Below, piece after piece: positions 18,826 to 29,258 of a stretch of 64,000 nucleotides of DNA; position 1 is the stretch's first letter; each line of letters starts with the position of its first letter. Made by a program: the position numbers and the translations under genes. The notes under the pieces are model-generated. The model ran no database searches, was not told where the DNA came from, and worked only from the letters and a program-made list of their open reading frames with translations. The stretch is from Planctomycetota bacterium (GTDB taxonomy: Bacteria; Planctomycetota; UBA8108; JACQVS01), in NCBI GenBank assembly GCA_016209605.1, contig JACQVS010000106.1:74274-138273 (forward strand), in the 5' to 3' direction.

Positions 18826-19278
18826 TTATCCCGTCACCCGCTCTGAAATCGCCATCTGAATTTCCCCATAGCACTTCTTGAGCAGGTTGATCGCCTGGTT
18901 GAAGCGTGAAGCGTTGCGCGCCAACGCCGCCATCTCCCGGTCGATGTCGACATCGTTGCCATCGTGACGAAGGACGCCTTCCGGGGGAGAATCATCGGCT
19001 TCCCTGAGAATCCGCAGCATGCGGCGCGGCGGATCGGACTCGGCGAAGTCCTCCGGCGGCCAGCGCGCCGGCTCCAGCGCGCCGCCCTTCGAGGCCTGGA
19101 TCGCCTCCTTGAGCGCGGCGTTGAAGCGTTCCGGAGACAGGTCCTTGCGCCGGTAGCCCGGCGTCTCGGCGTTGGCGATGTTCTCCAGAAGGCGCTGGTG
19201 CCGGGCCTCGGTGAAGCGCACCGCCCGCTCGAGCGCCTGCAAGCCGCGATCTGAAAACAAGCCGTCAATCAAGTTCAT
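18826..19278 (-). CDS. flgB: Flagellar basal-body rod protein FlgB
   Basis: 150 aa. RHQRLLENIANAETPGYRRKDL and C-terminal DVDIDREMAALARNASRFNQAINLL. AGGAG RBS lies 8 nt upstream. Confidence 0.9.
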   Translation of the reverse strand: MNLIDGLFSDRGLQALERAVRFTEARHQRLLENIANAETPGYRRKDLSPERFNAALKEAIQASKGGALEPARWPPEDFAESDPPRRMLRILREADDSPPEGVLRHDGNDVDIDREMAALARNASRFNQAINLLKKCYGEIQMAISERVTG

Positions 19279-19350
19279 CCGATACGCTCCTGCTTTGATA
19301 AATGGATTGCCAAGGACGCCCTTGACGCAAGCTCAATGAAAGCAAAGGCC

Positions 19351-19366
19351 ATACCAATCCCCGTGG
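19351..19366 (-). promoter_or_regulatory. Sigma-54 (-24/-12) promoter candidate for the flgB operon
   Basis: The minus strand reads TGGTATG-gcct-TTGCT, against the consensus TGGCACG-N4-TTGCW. GG and GC have the correct spacing and both mismatches are C>T. The GC lies about 65 nt upstream of the flgB ATG, and a sigma-54 activator gene is adjacent. Confidence 0.6.
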
Positions 19367-19520
19367 CGCGTGTAAGCTCAAACCGGGCCGTCCTTTTTCC
19401 ATTTGGAAAAGATTATCGGAAGCGGCTGAAATGATTCCTTTGAGAGCAGCGAGGGGCAATTTTTGATCCCCGATGCTTGGTTTCAATGCGGGGTTGGAGA
19501 AGAGGCGCACGCGGCTCATT

Positions 19521-21022
<1,502 letters not shown>

Positions 21023-21026
<4 letters not shown>

Positions 21027-22051
21027 GGTTTCGCCCCCTCCGTCGATGCCTCTTTGCAGCAGCCGGTTTTCCCATTCAGGCCGGCCAGGAAGAACAGCCG
21101 CGCCTCCAGGCCGCCCTGGGGCAGATTATCCAGCTCCACTTTCCCCCCCAGGCGCTCCATGAGCGAGTGGACGATGGTCAAGCCCAGCCCGACCCCGCCC
21201 TTTTTCTTTCCCTCGGTGAAGAAGGGGATGAAGACCTTCTCGAGGTTTTCCGGCGGAATCCCCGGGCCGGTGTCGCGGATGGACAGCACGTGGTAAAGCT
21301 TCCCATCGCCGCGGGCTCGCCGCGCCCCCAGGGTGATGGCTCCGCCCGGCTCCATCGCTTGAACGGCGTTTTTCAGGATGTTGAGCAGGACGCAGCGGAC
21401 CTGATCCCGGTCCCCGGAGATCCAGATCCGGCCGGGCCGGTCCATCTCCGGGGACTCGAATCGGCAACAGGTTTTCGATCTGTCGAGGTCGTTCTTCAAG
21501 AGGTCCAGGGCCTCTTGAACCACCACGGCGAGGTCGCAGTCTTCCCACCGGCTCTTCGCCGGGGAAGCGAAGATGAGCATGTTGACGACAATGGAGTTCA
21601 AGTGGGCGATGGCCTCCTCGATCTGCCGGATGAGCCGCAGGCATTCCGGCCGGGAGGCCTCGCCGCGCACTTCCTCGCTGAGGCAGTCCAGGTAAAGCGA
21701 GATGCTGCCCAAGGGGTTGCGGATCTCGTGAGCCGCGCCCGCGACCATGAGCCCCAGGGATTCGAGCCGCTTCTTGCGCTCGAGGAGCAGGTTCTTCTCG
21801 GCCAGCTCGCGGCGCAGCGAGGCCAGGCGGGCCTCGAGCGCCCGGTGCGATTCCTGCAGCCGGAGGGTGGTTCGGGAAAATTCTTCGAAGAGGCCGGCCA
21901 ACTGCTCGGGCGAGAGGGCCGATTCCGATAACCTTGGGCCGCCGGGAAGGAGGGACCCGTCCCTGCTGCCTTCCATGGCACCTTCCCTGGCGCTGTCGAT
22001 CCCGGAGGTCCTCTTCCCGAGCTCCTCCAGGGCTGCATTCAAGGGTTCCAT
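21023..22051 (-). CDS. Cytoplasmic sensor histidine kinase (HisKA + HATPase_c, no TM segment)
   Basis: H-box AHEIRNPLGSI. N/G boxes (LLNILKNAVQAM; RDTGPGIPPENLEKVFIPFFT; GVGLGLTIVHSL). I place the start at ATG 22051, which has a GGAG RBS. The ORF-track start at 22129 is a TTG. Confidence 0.85.
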
Positions 22052-22329
22052 AGGCGCTCCGGCCCCTCTCTCAACGCCTTGCAGGCGTCGGAATGGTAGA
22101 GATTCCAAAGATAAAAATGGGGACCACAAGGGGGCCCGGGATCCCCCTCATCGTCCCCTCTCTCTTCACTTCTTTCCAAAGGGCATGGCGACCTCTGAGC
22201 ACCCCTTCCATCCTCCCAGGACGGCTGGGCGGTGCCGGCGTCGCTTCCTGAGCTCCGACCCCACGGCGAAAAGGTTTTCATACTCCTCGGACCTTTCCAC
22301 CAGAGGCCGGTGAGGGACGTCCTTCTGGA

Positions 22330-22500
22330 AAAGATGGCCTATCATTAAACTATATTTTATAAAATGTAAAGTGATTTTCTTTGAACCCTCCATAATTTCT
22401 CAAGTCATTAAATAATTTTGACTTAAATCAGCGATGGCGTTGTTCACTCAAATTATCGGAAAGACAAACACAATTTAATCTCGAGAAAATCGGACTCAAT
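22330..22500. promoter_or_regulatory. Sharply A+T-rich intergenic island upstream of the kinase/regulator operon
   Basis: The run ...attaaactatattttataaaatgtaaagtgattttctttgaa...aaataattttgacttaaatca...caatttaatctcgag... contrasts visibly with the GC-rich flanks. It contains a perfect 12-nt palindrome, ATTTTATAAAAT, at 22354-22365. Confidence 0.4.
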
Positions 22501-22506
22501 TTACCC

Positions 22507-25281
22507 TCAACGCTCGAAGACCAGGCGGTCTCCCTGGGATTCGACCCGGAAAGAATAGGTGTGGGAGCTTCCCGTCCCGATCACTTGCACCCCGACCCAC
22601 AGCTCTTTCCCCAGGAGCGTTTGAACATCGGCCGGGAGCTTCAAAGACAGCTCTTTTTCCGCCTGGGGGGCCAGGGTGACGCCGCTCCAGGTTTCCAGAG
22701 GGTCCGAAGGCTTCCCCAGGAGCGCCTTGGCGAAAACCTTGAGGCGGATGGGCCGGGCGGCGCGATTGCGCACCAGGAATGGAAAGTGCGGCTCCTCGGC
22801 GAAGGGGGACGAGGCTGACCGAGGGGGGGGAACCTCCCTGGCCTCCACCCCCACGATCTCGGAGCGCAGCGGCACCTTGTCCGCTCGGGTGAACTGGTAG
22901 GTCTTCCCCCCCTCGACCATCTTGAGCCGCAGGGAAAAGAGGTAATCCTTGAGGTGCGGAGAGGTTCGCGGCAGAAAAACCTCCACGGCCCATTCTCCCT
23001 CTTTTCCTGGAGGAAGGGTCTGCGCCGCGGGCGCGGATTTCAGCCTCCAGCCGGGAGGAGGCTCGATTTCCAGATTCAGCTCGAGAGGCTCCCTGGAGAA
23101 GTTCTTGATGGTGTAGGCCAGCTTCTGTCCTGCGGTTTTGGGCAAAAGTTCCCCGGCGGAGCGCCGGAGCGACCAGGCCGTCTCGAATCGCGCCGCGGGA
23201 AAAGAGGACAAGCAGACCGGCAAGTCTCCCGCCGGCAGCTCCAGCGTCCCCTCCGCGGCGTTGAACTTCACCCCGGATGGCCGCCCCGCCAGATCCTCCG
23301 CCGGCAGCGGGACGCCGGTCCAGAGGGATACGGGAACCGGCTCCTGCCCGCGGGAAAAGATGATGAGCCGATCGCCCCCGGCCGGATCTTGAAACCAGAG
23401 GAAGGAGGTTCGGAGATCCGGGGAGAGTTCTTTCATGAAGGCTGCTGACTCCACCCATTCCTCGATTTTCAAAAGCCCCAGCAGCGCCGCCCCGGAAGGC
23501 AAGATGGCCTCGGCGAAGCCCGGCGCGGGAGTCCCAGGGCCCTCGCCCGTCCCGTAAAAAAACTCCCAGGGCTCATCCACCAGGAGGCGGCGGAAGCCCT
23601 GCCGGATCGATTGGAAGGCCAGGCGGCCCAGCAGCGCGGCCTTCCCAGCGCCGTCAAGACCTCGGGGCAGGTCGATGACCACCCAATCCTTGGGATCGGC
23701 AGACGATGATGATGCGGCCCCTTCGGGAGGGGCTTCGACGGGCGTCTCCGCGGTGACCTCCAGAACCCGGAACTGAGCCCACCTCGGCCGCTCCCCTCGG
23801 GCCCCCACCGGGGCGCCGAAGGAAAGCTCGGGAAATTCCTGGCGCAGCCCCGCGAGGGCGTTCTCCTCCTCGGCGCTCAATGGGGAAGCGGCGGCAATTT
23901 CCCATTCCCGGACCAGCCCCGCGCTCCGGCGCACCAGCTCCAGGCAAGCCTGCGAACCGGCTTTGCTCCAGCGGACCTTGCCGAGCCAGGAAAAGGAGAG
24001 AGGGCCGTTCTTCGAGCCGTTGTTAGAGCCCGCCGCGCGAGCGCCGCCTGGAACCTGCCCGTTTTTCAAGACTTTCGTTCCGTCCCCCCACTCCAGTAAA
24101 ATCTGCTGGAACGGAAAGTTGGCGGGCTGGGAAAGGAAAGCCTCCATCAGCTCCCCGGCGCGCTGCTGGCCTTGCGGCCGGAGCACCCAGCCCAGCTGGA
24201 CCGGCGGCTCGAGGCGGGGGCCATGCCACGCCGCGGAAGGGCCGTTTGAAGCCGTCTTTGCCGCCGCTTCCGAGCGGGAGCCGCCGGACTCCAGTTGGAC
24301 GAAGTGGCTTTCTCCTTGCGCCCCCGGTGCTCCAGGAGCTCCTTGAACCTGCACCCCAACCCGGTAAAGCCCCGGCAGCAAGGTTTTTTCATCCCTGGCC
24401 AGGAGGGACCGCAGGTCTTCGAGGAAGCGGAGGGGCTGCCCCGACTCCGCGACGAAACGCTGGCCGGTGAAGCGCCAGCCCGCCTCTTCGCCGGCCGGCC
24501 AGGCCCGCTCCAGCTCGACCTGCACCGGGTAGGTTCCCGGGCTCAATCCAGCGCACTCCACCTCGAGAAGCAGCGGCTCGCCGGCGGCAGCCAGACTTGC
24601 CGCTCTTCCCGGCCAGCGGATCCGGCAAGCGGGATAAACCTCCACCTTGAGCGTATCGATCCAGACCATGGCCAGCTTGTCAAAATACGATCCTTCCAGA
24701 AGAAGGCGCACATCGAAGGAGTCGGCTCCTTTGGGCACCCTGCCGCGGGCGCGGAGGTCGGGGCTCCAATCGCGATCTCCGCGCAGCGGCTCGGCGGACA
24801 GCCGGGTGCCGGGAATCTCGAACCTGCCTTCAAAGAAGCGAATTTCCGCCCGCAGCGATCCCTCGTTCAAATGGCGCATCCGCACCCAGCCTTCGAGCCG
24901 GACTTCCACCTCCTCCAGCAAGGGCTTTCTTTTGATCAGCTGGATGAGCAGGTGGTCTCCGGAGCTTTCGAGATAAAGGCAGCGCCTCCCTTCGCGGGGA
25001 AGGCGGCGGGTGAACTGGGCGAGAGGTTGGCGGGGAAAGCGGTCGGGCTGCTCGACGTCCGCTTCGCTGCCGAAGAGCTGCATCCAGTCCGGCTGGGTGA
25101 CGCGCTCATCCAGGAAAATCGGCACCTCTTCCATGGAAAAAATGTCGGCGCCGTTCTGGGTCGGCGTTTCGAAGCCCCACTCATAGCACAGCGGCAAATT
25201 CAGAGTCTCCCCCGGCGCCTGGCGGCTGGCCAGCGGCAAGGCGAGGCAGGACCAGACAGTCAACGGAAGCAGGCGGCGCAT
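22507..25281 (-). CDS. Secreted 924-aa protein of unknown function, possibly jelly-roll/CBM-like at the N-terminus and Ig-like at the C-terminus
   Basis: I place the start at ATG 25281 (MRRLLPLTVWSCLALPLASRQAPG, a Sec-type signal peptide), 8 nt after the FlgN-like stop. The 176-codon upstream extension in the ORF track overlaps the FlgN-like gene in another frame. I recognise no confident family. Confidence 0.7.
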   Translation of the reverse strand: MRRLLPLTVWSCLALPLASRQAPGETLNLPLCYEWGFETPTQNGADIFSMEEVPIFLDERVTQPDWMQLFGSEADVEQPDRFPRQPLAQFTRRLPREGRRCLYLESSGDHLLIQLIKRKPLLEEVEVRLEGWVRMRHLNEGSLRAEIRFFEGRFEIPGTRLSAEPLRGDRDWSPDLRARGRVPKGADSFDVRLLLEGSYFDKLAMVWIDTLKVEVYPACRIRWPGRAASLAAAGEPLLLEVECAGLSPGTYPVQVELERAWPAGEEAGWRFTGQRFVAESGQPLRFLEDLRSLLARDEKTLLPGLYRVGVQVQGAPGAPGAQGESHFVQLESGGSRSEAAAKTASNGPSAAWHGPRLEPPVQLGWVLRPQGQQRAGELMEAFLSQPANFPFQQILLEWGDGTKVLKNGQVPGGARAAGSNNGSKNGPLSFSWLGKVRWSKAGSQACLELVRRSAGLVREWEIAAASPLSAEEENALAGLRQEFPELSFGAPVGARGERPRWAQFRVLEVTAETPVEAPPEGAASSSSADPKDWVVIDLPRGLDGAGKAALLGRLAFQSIRQGFRRLLVDEPWEFFYGTGEGPGTPAPGFAEAILPSGAALLGLLKIEEWVESAAFMKELSPDLRTSFLWFQDPAGGDRLIIFSRGQEPVPVSLWTGVPLPAEDLAGRPSGVKFNAAEGTLELPAGDLPVCLSSFPAARFETAWSLRRSAGELLPKTAGQKLAYTIKNFSREPLELNLEIEPPPGWRLKSAPAAQTLPPGKEGEWAVEVFLPRTSPHLKDYLFSLRLKMVEGGKTYQFTRADKVPLRSEIVGVEAREVPPPRSASSPFAEEPHFPFLVRNRAARPIRLKVFAKALLGKPSDPLETWSGVTLAPQAEKELSLKLPADVQTLLGKELWVGVQVIGTGSSHTYSFRVESQGDRLVFER

Positions 25282-25289
25282 CGAGAGCC

Positions 25290-25805
25290 TCACTCCTTTT
25301 GGTCGATGGCCTGGCAATGGGGAAGCAAGGGGGAGAAATAGGCCTTCTGGAACTTGCGCGCCGCGTGAAGGCGCTGGATCTGCCCCAGGATCTGATCGCG
25401 CTGCTGGAGCAGGAGGCGGCTGCTTTCCTCTTCGAGCTGGAGCAGCTCCCGCAGGGTCTTTTCCACGCGCGCGAGCATTTTCTGGACCGGCTCGCGCTCC
25501 GTTTCCGGAAGGGAGGACTGCAGGGAGTCCCACTTGGAGCGCGCGCGCCGCATGCCGCTCTCCAGGTACGACAGCCGGGCCATCTCGCTTTCCTTCCGCT
25601 TCGCCAGCTCGAGCAGCTCCTCCGAATAGCCGCCTTGCAGGAGGCGGCTCTGATTCCTGCCCAGCTCGATAAGACGGAGGTAAATCTCCTCGGCGGCCTG
25701 CAAGGCCCCCAGGAGCTCTTGTGCTGCCAGGTGCCCCTCGAGGGGGTCTCCAGCCAGGCCAGGAGCAGGCGATGTTTTCGACGGCGGTTTCGGTGGTAAG
25801 TTCAT
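25290..25805 (-). CDS. FlgN-like flagellar export chaperone (tentative)
   Basis: 171-aa all-helical protein with a FlgN-like pattern (LLGALQAAEEIYLRLIELGRNQSRLLQGG..EELLELAKRKESEMARL...LLQLEEESSRLLLQQRDQILGQIQRL). GGGAGG RBS is present. Confidence 0.45.
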   Translation of the reverse strand: MNLPPKPPSKTSPAPGLAGDPLEGHLAAQELLGALQAAEEIYLRLIELGRNQSRLLQGGYSEELLELAKRKESEMARLSYLESGMRRARSKWDSLQSSLPETEREPVQKMLARVEKTLRELLQLEEESSRLLLQQRDQILGQIQRLHAARKFQKAYFSPLLPHCQAIDQKE

Positions 25806-25825
25806 GCAATGACCTCCCGATAAAG

Positions 25826-25853
25826 ATGTCGGAGTTTTGTCCGGTAAACTTTA
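25826..25853 (-). promoter_or_regulatory. Sigma-28 (FliA)-like promoter candidate for the FlgN-like operon
   Basis: The minus strand reads TAAAGTTT-N12-TCCGACAT, against the consensus TAAAGTTT-N11-GCCGATAA. The -35 matches 8/8, the -10 matches 5/8, and the spacer is 1 nt long. GGGAGG and the ATG follow within about 25 nt. Confidence 0.3.
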
Positions 25854-26021
25854 CAGGCGGTTTTCAGCCGCCACCGCCGGGGTTTGAGGCTCTTATGCAA
25901 AAGTCTTAAAAAAGGATGGCGATTCGATTCCTACCAGGGTACGATGGTCTCGTTGGAGGATTTTTCCGGCGATGGGCTTTGCTGGGCTTCAAAAGAGCAC
26001 AGGGTCAGGGAGGAGTTTTCC

Positions 26022-29000
26022 ATGAGGACATGGTCTCGTTCTCTTGTTTCGCTGACCATCCGGATCTCCCTATGGCTTGCCCCGGCTTCTCCAGTCTTTG
26101 GTGAGGCCACCTTCTTCATTCGCGGCGATTCCAACACCGACGGGGAGGTTGATATCTCTGACCCCATCTTCACCCTTGGCTTCTTATTCCTCGGCAATCC
26201 AACCGATTTGGACTGTATGGATGCCGCAGATTTTAACGATGACGGCGATGTAGACGTTTCTGACGCCATCTGTATTCTCGAGTTCCGGTTCCTCGGGTTC
26301 TGCTTCCCACCGCCTCCGGTTCTCCAGTGCGGGAGCGACCTGACGGGGGACGATGACCTGGGGTGCGCCCTTTACCCGGATTGCTTCGAAAACCTGCCCC
26401 CTCCGCCGCCGACGTTCCTCGGCACGGTTCCGCCCTCGCCGGCGAACGACAACAACCCCGAGATCCGCGGCCAAGCCGAGCCGGGTTCGACGGTCCGCCT
26501 CTACACCACGCCCGACTGCTCCGGCCCCGCGGCCGCAACCGGCTCCGCCGACCTGTTCGCCGCCGCCGGGATCACTGTGACCGTCCCGGACAACTCGACG
26601 ACGACGTTCCACGCGACGGCGACGGACGGGGCGGGCAACGTCTCCCCCTGCTCGCCGACGGGCATCACCTATGTGGAGGACTCCGGCGGCGGCCCGTGCC
26701 TGAACCTGGTCGGCCCGGCCGATGCGCCCGCGATCGGCCACATACCAACTCTTGGCTTCCCGCCGCCGGACCCCGCCGAGTTCGAGTCCCTCAACGACGC
26801 GCTGGCTTCCCGAACGACGATCCTGCTGATCCCCAGCGAGGCCGCCACCGTGGGCGAGGCCAATGCGCTCCTCGCCTCGATCGACGCCTGCGTCATCGGC
26901 GGCATCCCGGGCTTCGACCTCCTGCTGGCGCGCTTACCGGCGGATACCACGATTGACCAGATGCTCGACGCCGTCAACACGCTGGAGGCCGACCCCCGAG
27001 TCGCGGCGGTCGTCATGGACCTGGGGGGCATGCAAAAACAGCAACTTCCGCCGCACAACGCTTCTCCGGGCCTATGGACCTGGGAGGTCGCAACGCCGCC
27101 AACGAACGGGAACTACGGGCTGAAACTGATCCGCGCGCCGCAGATGTGGAACCTCGATACCCATGTGCGCAGACACCGCGCTGCCAACACGATCTGCGCG
27201 GGAGTGGTCGAGCCGGCGCCGGCGCCGGATACGAACCATCCCGGCGGCGAACTCCTGTTTGATGCCGGCACGGCGGACGGCGACGACGATCACGCCACGA
27301 TGGTCTCGGGGATCATCGCCGCCCGCTGGGACAACGGCGTTGGGGTCGAGGGGGTCGCCCCCGGCGCGGTCCGTGGCGCGGCTGCGCCCGCCGGAGCGCC
27401 GGCTCCATGGGTGACGCGTCTCTACGGGCGACCCAATGGGGAAATACCCGACATCGGCGCTACCGAGGCTGCCACGTACACCGCCCTCGGCAATGTCCTC
27501 GACGCTGATGCGTGCGTGAAAGTGGTGAACCACAGCTACGGGTGGCTCAGCCCCCCAGCTTGTTCCCCTCCTTCATTGGGCGTCATGAACCAAGCGGGCA
27601 CGCTGCTCAGCACGGCCTGCGACCACTGGCTCGCCAATCATCCCGGCCGCGACTTCATTATCATCTCTGCCGCTGGCAACTGCGGGCCAGGAACCTTCAC
27701 GAGTCTGAACAGTGCGCCGAGCAACGCGGCCGGTCGGTTCGCCGGCCGTTTCTTCAACGTCGAGGCGATCAACAACGCGAATGCCGCAGCGGACTTTACA
27801 AGCCTCGGGGGATCCGTCTCGGCCCCCGGCTGGTGTATCGACAGCACGGAGTCGCCGGGGGCTGATCACGACGACCCGGCGTGCCCCTGGACAGCCGCAA
27901 GCGGGCGCTACGCGGTCGCAAGCGGCACGTCCTTCGCGGCCCCCCACGTTACCGGCCTGATCGCCGCCCTCTGGAAACTCGACCCCGCCCTCAGCGTGAC
28001 GGACATCCGATCCCTTGTCACCGGCGCCAACTACACGGTGAACACCAGCGGGGGCACCCAGCCCCGAATCGACGCGTTCGCGGCCGCGATGGGCATCGAC
28101 CTGCTCCGGGGCAACAGGACGATGCAGACCGCCCTGGTCGACGTCGACGACGGTTCGCTCCTGGACGGGAACGCCCGGATCGACGCCGACGACGAGGATG
28201 GGGACGGGGACGCGACCGAGGAGTACGACGGCGCGCATGTCGCGGGCCTCATCGACTCGATCAACCGCGCCGACCGCCTCCGCGGGGACGGCGCCATCAC
28301 CATGAAGGACTTCCGCGTGTTCCGGGATGCCGTGCTGCAGGTCCTGGTCGAGGAGGGCGCGCTGGCGCCGGCATTCATGTCGCTCGACGGGGCGCCGGCC
28401 CACTTCAAGAAGGACCTCAACTTCGACGGCTGCGTCTTCATTCCCGGCGCCGGGCCCGCGCCTGCCGCGCCCGGGCACCCCGGCGGCACCGTGCCGGCCG
28501 CGGCCTGCGGCGCCGACGCGCCGCGGGAGGGGGTCTACGCCCGCTACGACTTCAACGGGAGCGGCACGATGGAGCCGCACGGCGTCTTCCGCAGCCCGCC
28601 GCCCACCGGCGTCGCCCCGTTCAAGATCGACCCCGACATCGTGTGCTCGGGGCTTTACAGCGCTGGCGGTGGCGGCTGCTGGCGCGACCTCGACGTGCTG
28701 GTCGATCCGGCCTTCTGGATGGGCCACCTGGACGAAGAACACATCACGGCGAGCCGGACGGCCGACAGCCCGGGCGAGTGCGTCCGCGGCGCGGGGTGGA
28801 TGCCGCCATACGCTCTTCTCCTGGACCGCAACGTCGATGGCGTCGTTGATTACTTCGCCTCCGCCGACCTCCACTTCATCTTCGGTCCCGACGCGACAGG
28901 TGACTACGACAACGTCTTCATCAACGTCGTCCACGTCGACCCCCCCCCGGCTGGGACGTTCGGCCGGTGCATCCACCTGAACGGGCCGCGCGCCGGCAAG

Positions 29001-29156
29001 ATTCGCACGATCCTGACCGTGCCGCTTCCGCTGTCCCGCACCGTGCGCGTGATCATTGACGTCTGGGACGATGACGAGCCCTTCGTTCCGACCATCCACG
29101 GCGAAGATGACATCACTCTCAAGTTGGGGGAGGATCGAACCTTCACCTGGCCGTAG
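26022..29156 (+). CDS. Secreted multidomain S8 subtilase: signal peptide, dockerin-like pair + Cys tail, bacterial Ig-like domain, peptidase S8, long acidic C-terminal region
   Basis: I place the start at ATG 26022 (GGAGG RBS; MRTWSRSLVSLTIRISLWLAPASPVFG). Dockerin-like FIRGDSNTDGEVDISD...ADFNDDGDVDVSDAI. Ig-like GQAEPGSTVRLY...ATDGAGNVS. His box DDHATMVSGIIAA, Asn VVNHSYGW, Ser box GTSFAAPHVTGLIAALW. Confidence 0.85.
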   Translation: MRTWSRSLVSLTIRISLWLAPASPVFGEATFFIRGDSNTDGEVDISDPIFTLGFLFLGNPTDLDCMDAADFNDDGDVDVSDAICILEFRFLGFCFPPPPVLQCGSDLTGDDDLGCALYPDCFENLPPPPPTFLGTVPPSPANDNNPEIRGQAEPGSTVRLYTTPDCSGPAAATGSADLFAAAGITVTVPDNSTTTFHATATDGAGNVSPCSPTGITYVEDSGGGPCLNLVGPADAPAIGHIPTLGFPPPDPAEFESLNDALASRTTILLIPSEAATVGEANALLASIDACVIGGIPGFDLLLARLPADTTIDQMLDAVNTLEADPRVAAVVMDLGGMQKQQLPPHNASPGLWTWEVATPPTNGNYGLKLIRAPQMWNLDTHVRRHRAANTICAGVVEPAPAPDTNHPGGELLFDAGTADGDDDHATMVSGIIAARWDNGVGVEGVAPGAVRGAAAPAGAPAPWVTRLYGRPNGEIPDIGATEAATYTALGNVLDADACVKVVNHSYGWLSPPACSPPSLGVMNQAGTLLSTACDHWLANHPGRDFIIISAAGNCGPGTFTSLNSAPSNAAGRFAGRFFNVEAINNANAAADFTSLGGSVSAPGWCIDSTESPGADHDDPACPWTAASGRYAVASGTSFAAPHVTGLIAALWKLDPALSVTDIRSLVTGANYTVNTSGGTQPRIDAFAAAMGIDLLRGNRTMQTALVDVDDGSLLDGNARIDADDEDGDGDATEEYDGAHVAGLIDSINRADRLRGDGAITMKDFRVFRDAVLQVLVEEGALAPAFMSLDGAPAHFKKDLNFDGCVFIPGAGPAPAAPGHPGGTVPAAACGADAPREGVYARYDFNGSGTMEPHGVFRSPPPTGVAPFKIDPDIVCSGLYSAGGGGCWRDLDVLVDPAFWMGHLDEEHITASRTADSPGECVRGAGWMPPYALLLDRNVDGVVDYFASADLHFIFGPDATGDYDNVFINVVHVDPPPAGTFGRCIHLNGPRAGKIRTILTVPLPLSRTVRVIIDVWDDDEPFVPTIHGEDDITLKLGEDRTFTWP

Positions 29157-29258
29157 CGGCCGGCGCGCTGTCGCTCCAGGACCTCGGTCGACTACGGTGT
29201 GCCCCGGCTTGCTCGCAAGCAGCGCTCGCGATCTGAAGGCATTTACAAACAATAAGTG

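Noticed and set aside
19265-19519. 84-aa minus-strand ORF between the response-regulator gene and flgB.
   Set aside because: It spans the sigma-54 promoter, the palindrome and the flgB RBS. It has no RBS or recognisable fold and overlaps the flgB start.
22351-22376. Shared TTATAAAAT ... GTAAAG strings between the A+T-rich island at 22.35 kb and the MerR-upstream spacer at 33745-33768.
   Set aside because: A 9-mer plus a 6-mer with different spacing (0 versus 7 nt) in two A+T-rich stretches is within chance expectation. There is not enough evidence to call a common operator.
22166-22393. 75-aa minus-strand ORF starting in the A+T-rich island upstream of the kinase gene.
   Set aside because: No RBS and no recognisable motif. 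Its second half is Arg-rich GC-leader sequence. It cannot be excluded as a small protein, but the sequence alone gives no support.
25282-25809. N-terminal 176-codon extension of the 1100-aa ORF (22507-25809).
   Set aside because: The extension overlaps the whole FlgN-like gene in another frame and is Pro/Arg/Gly/Ala-rich. A proper signal peptide starts at ATG 25281, just after the FlgN-like stop.
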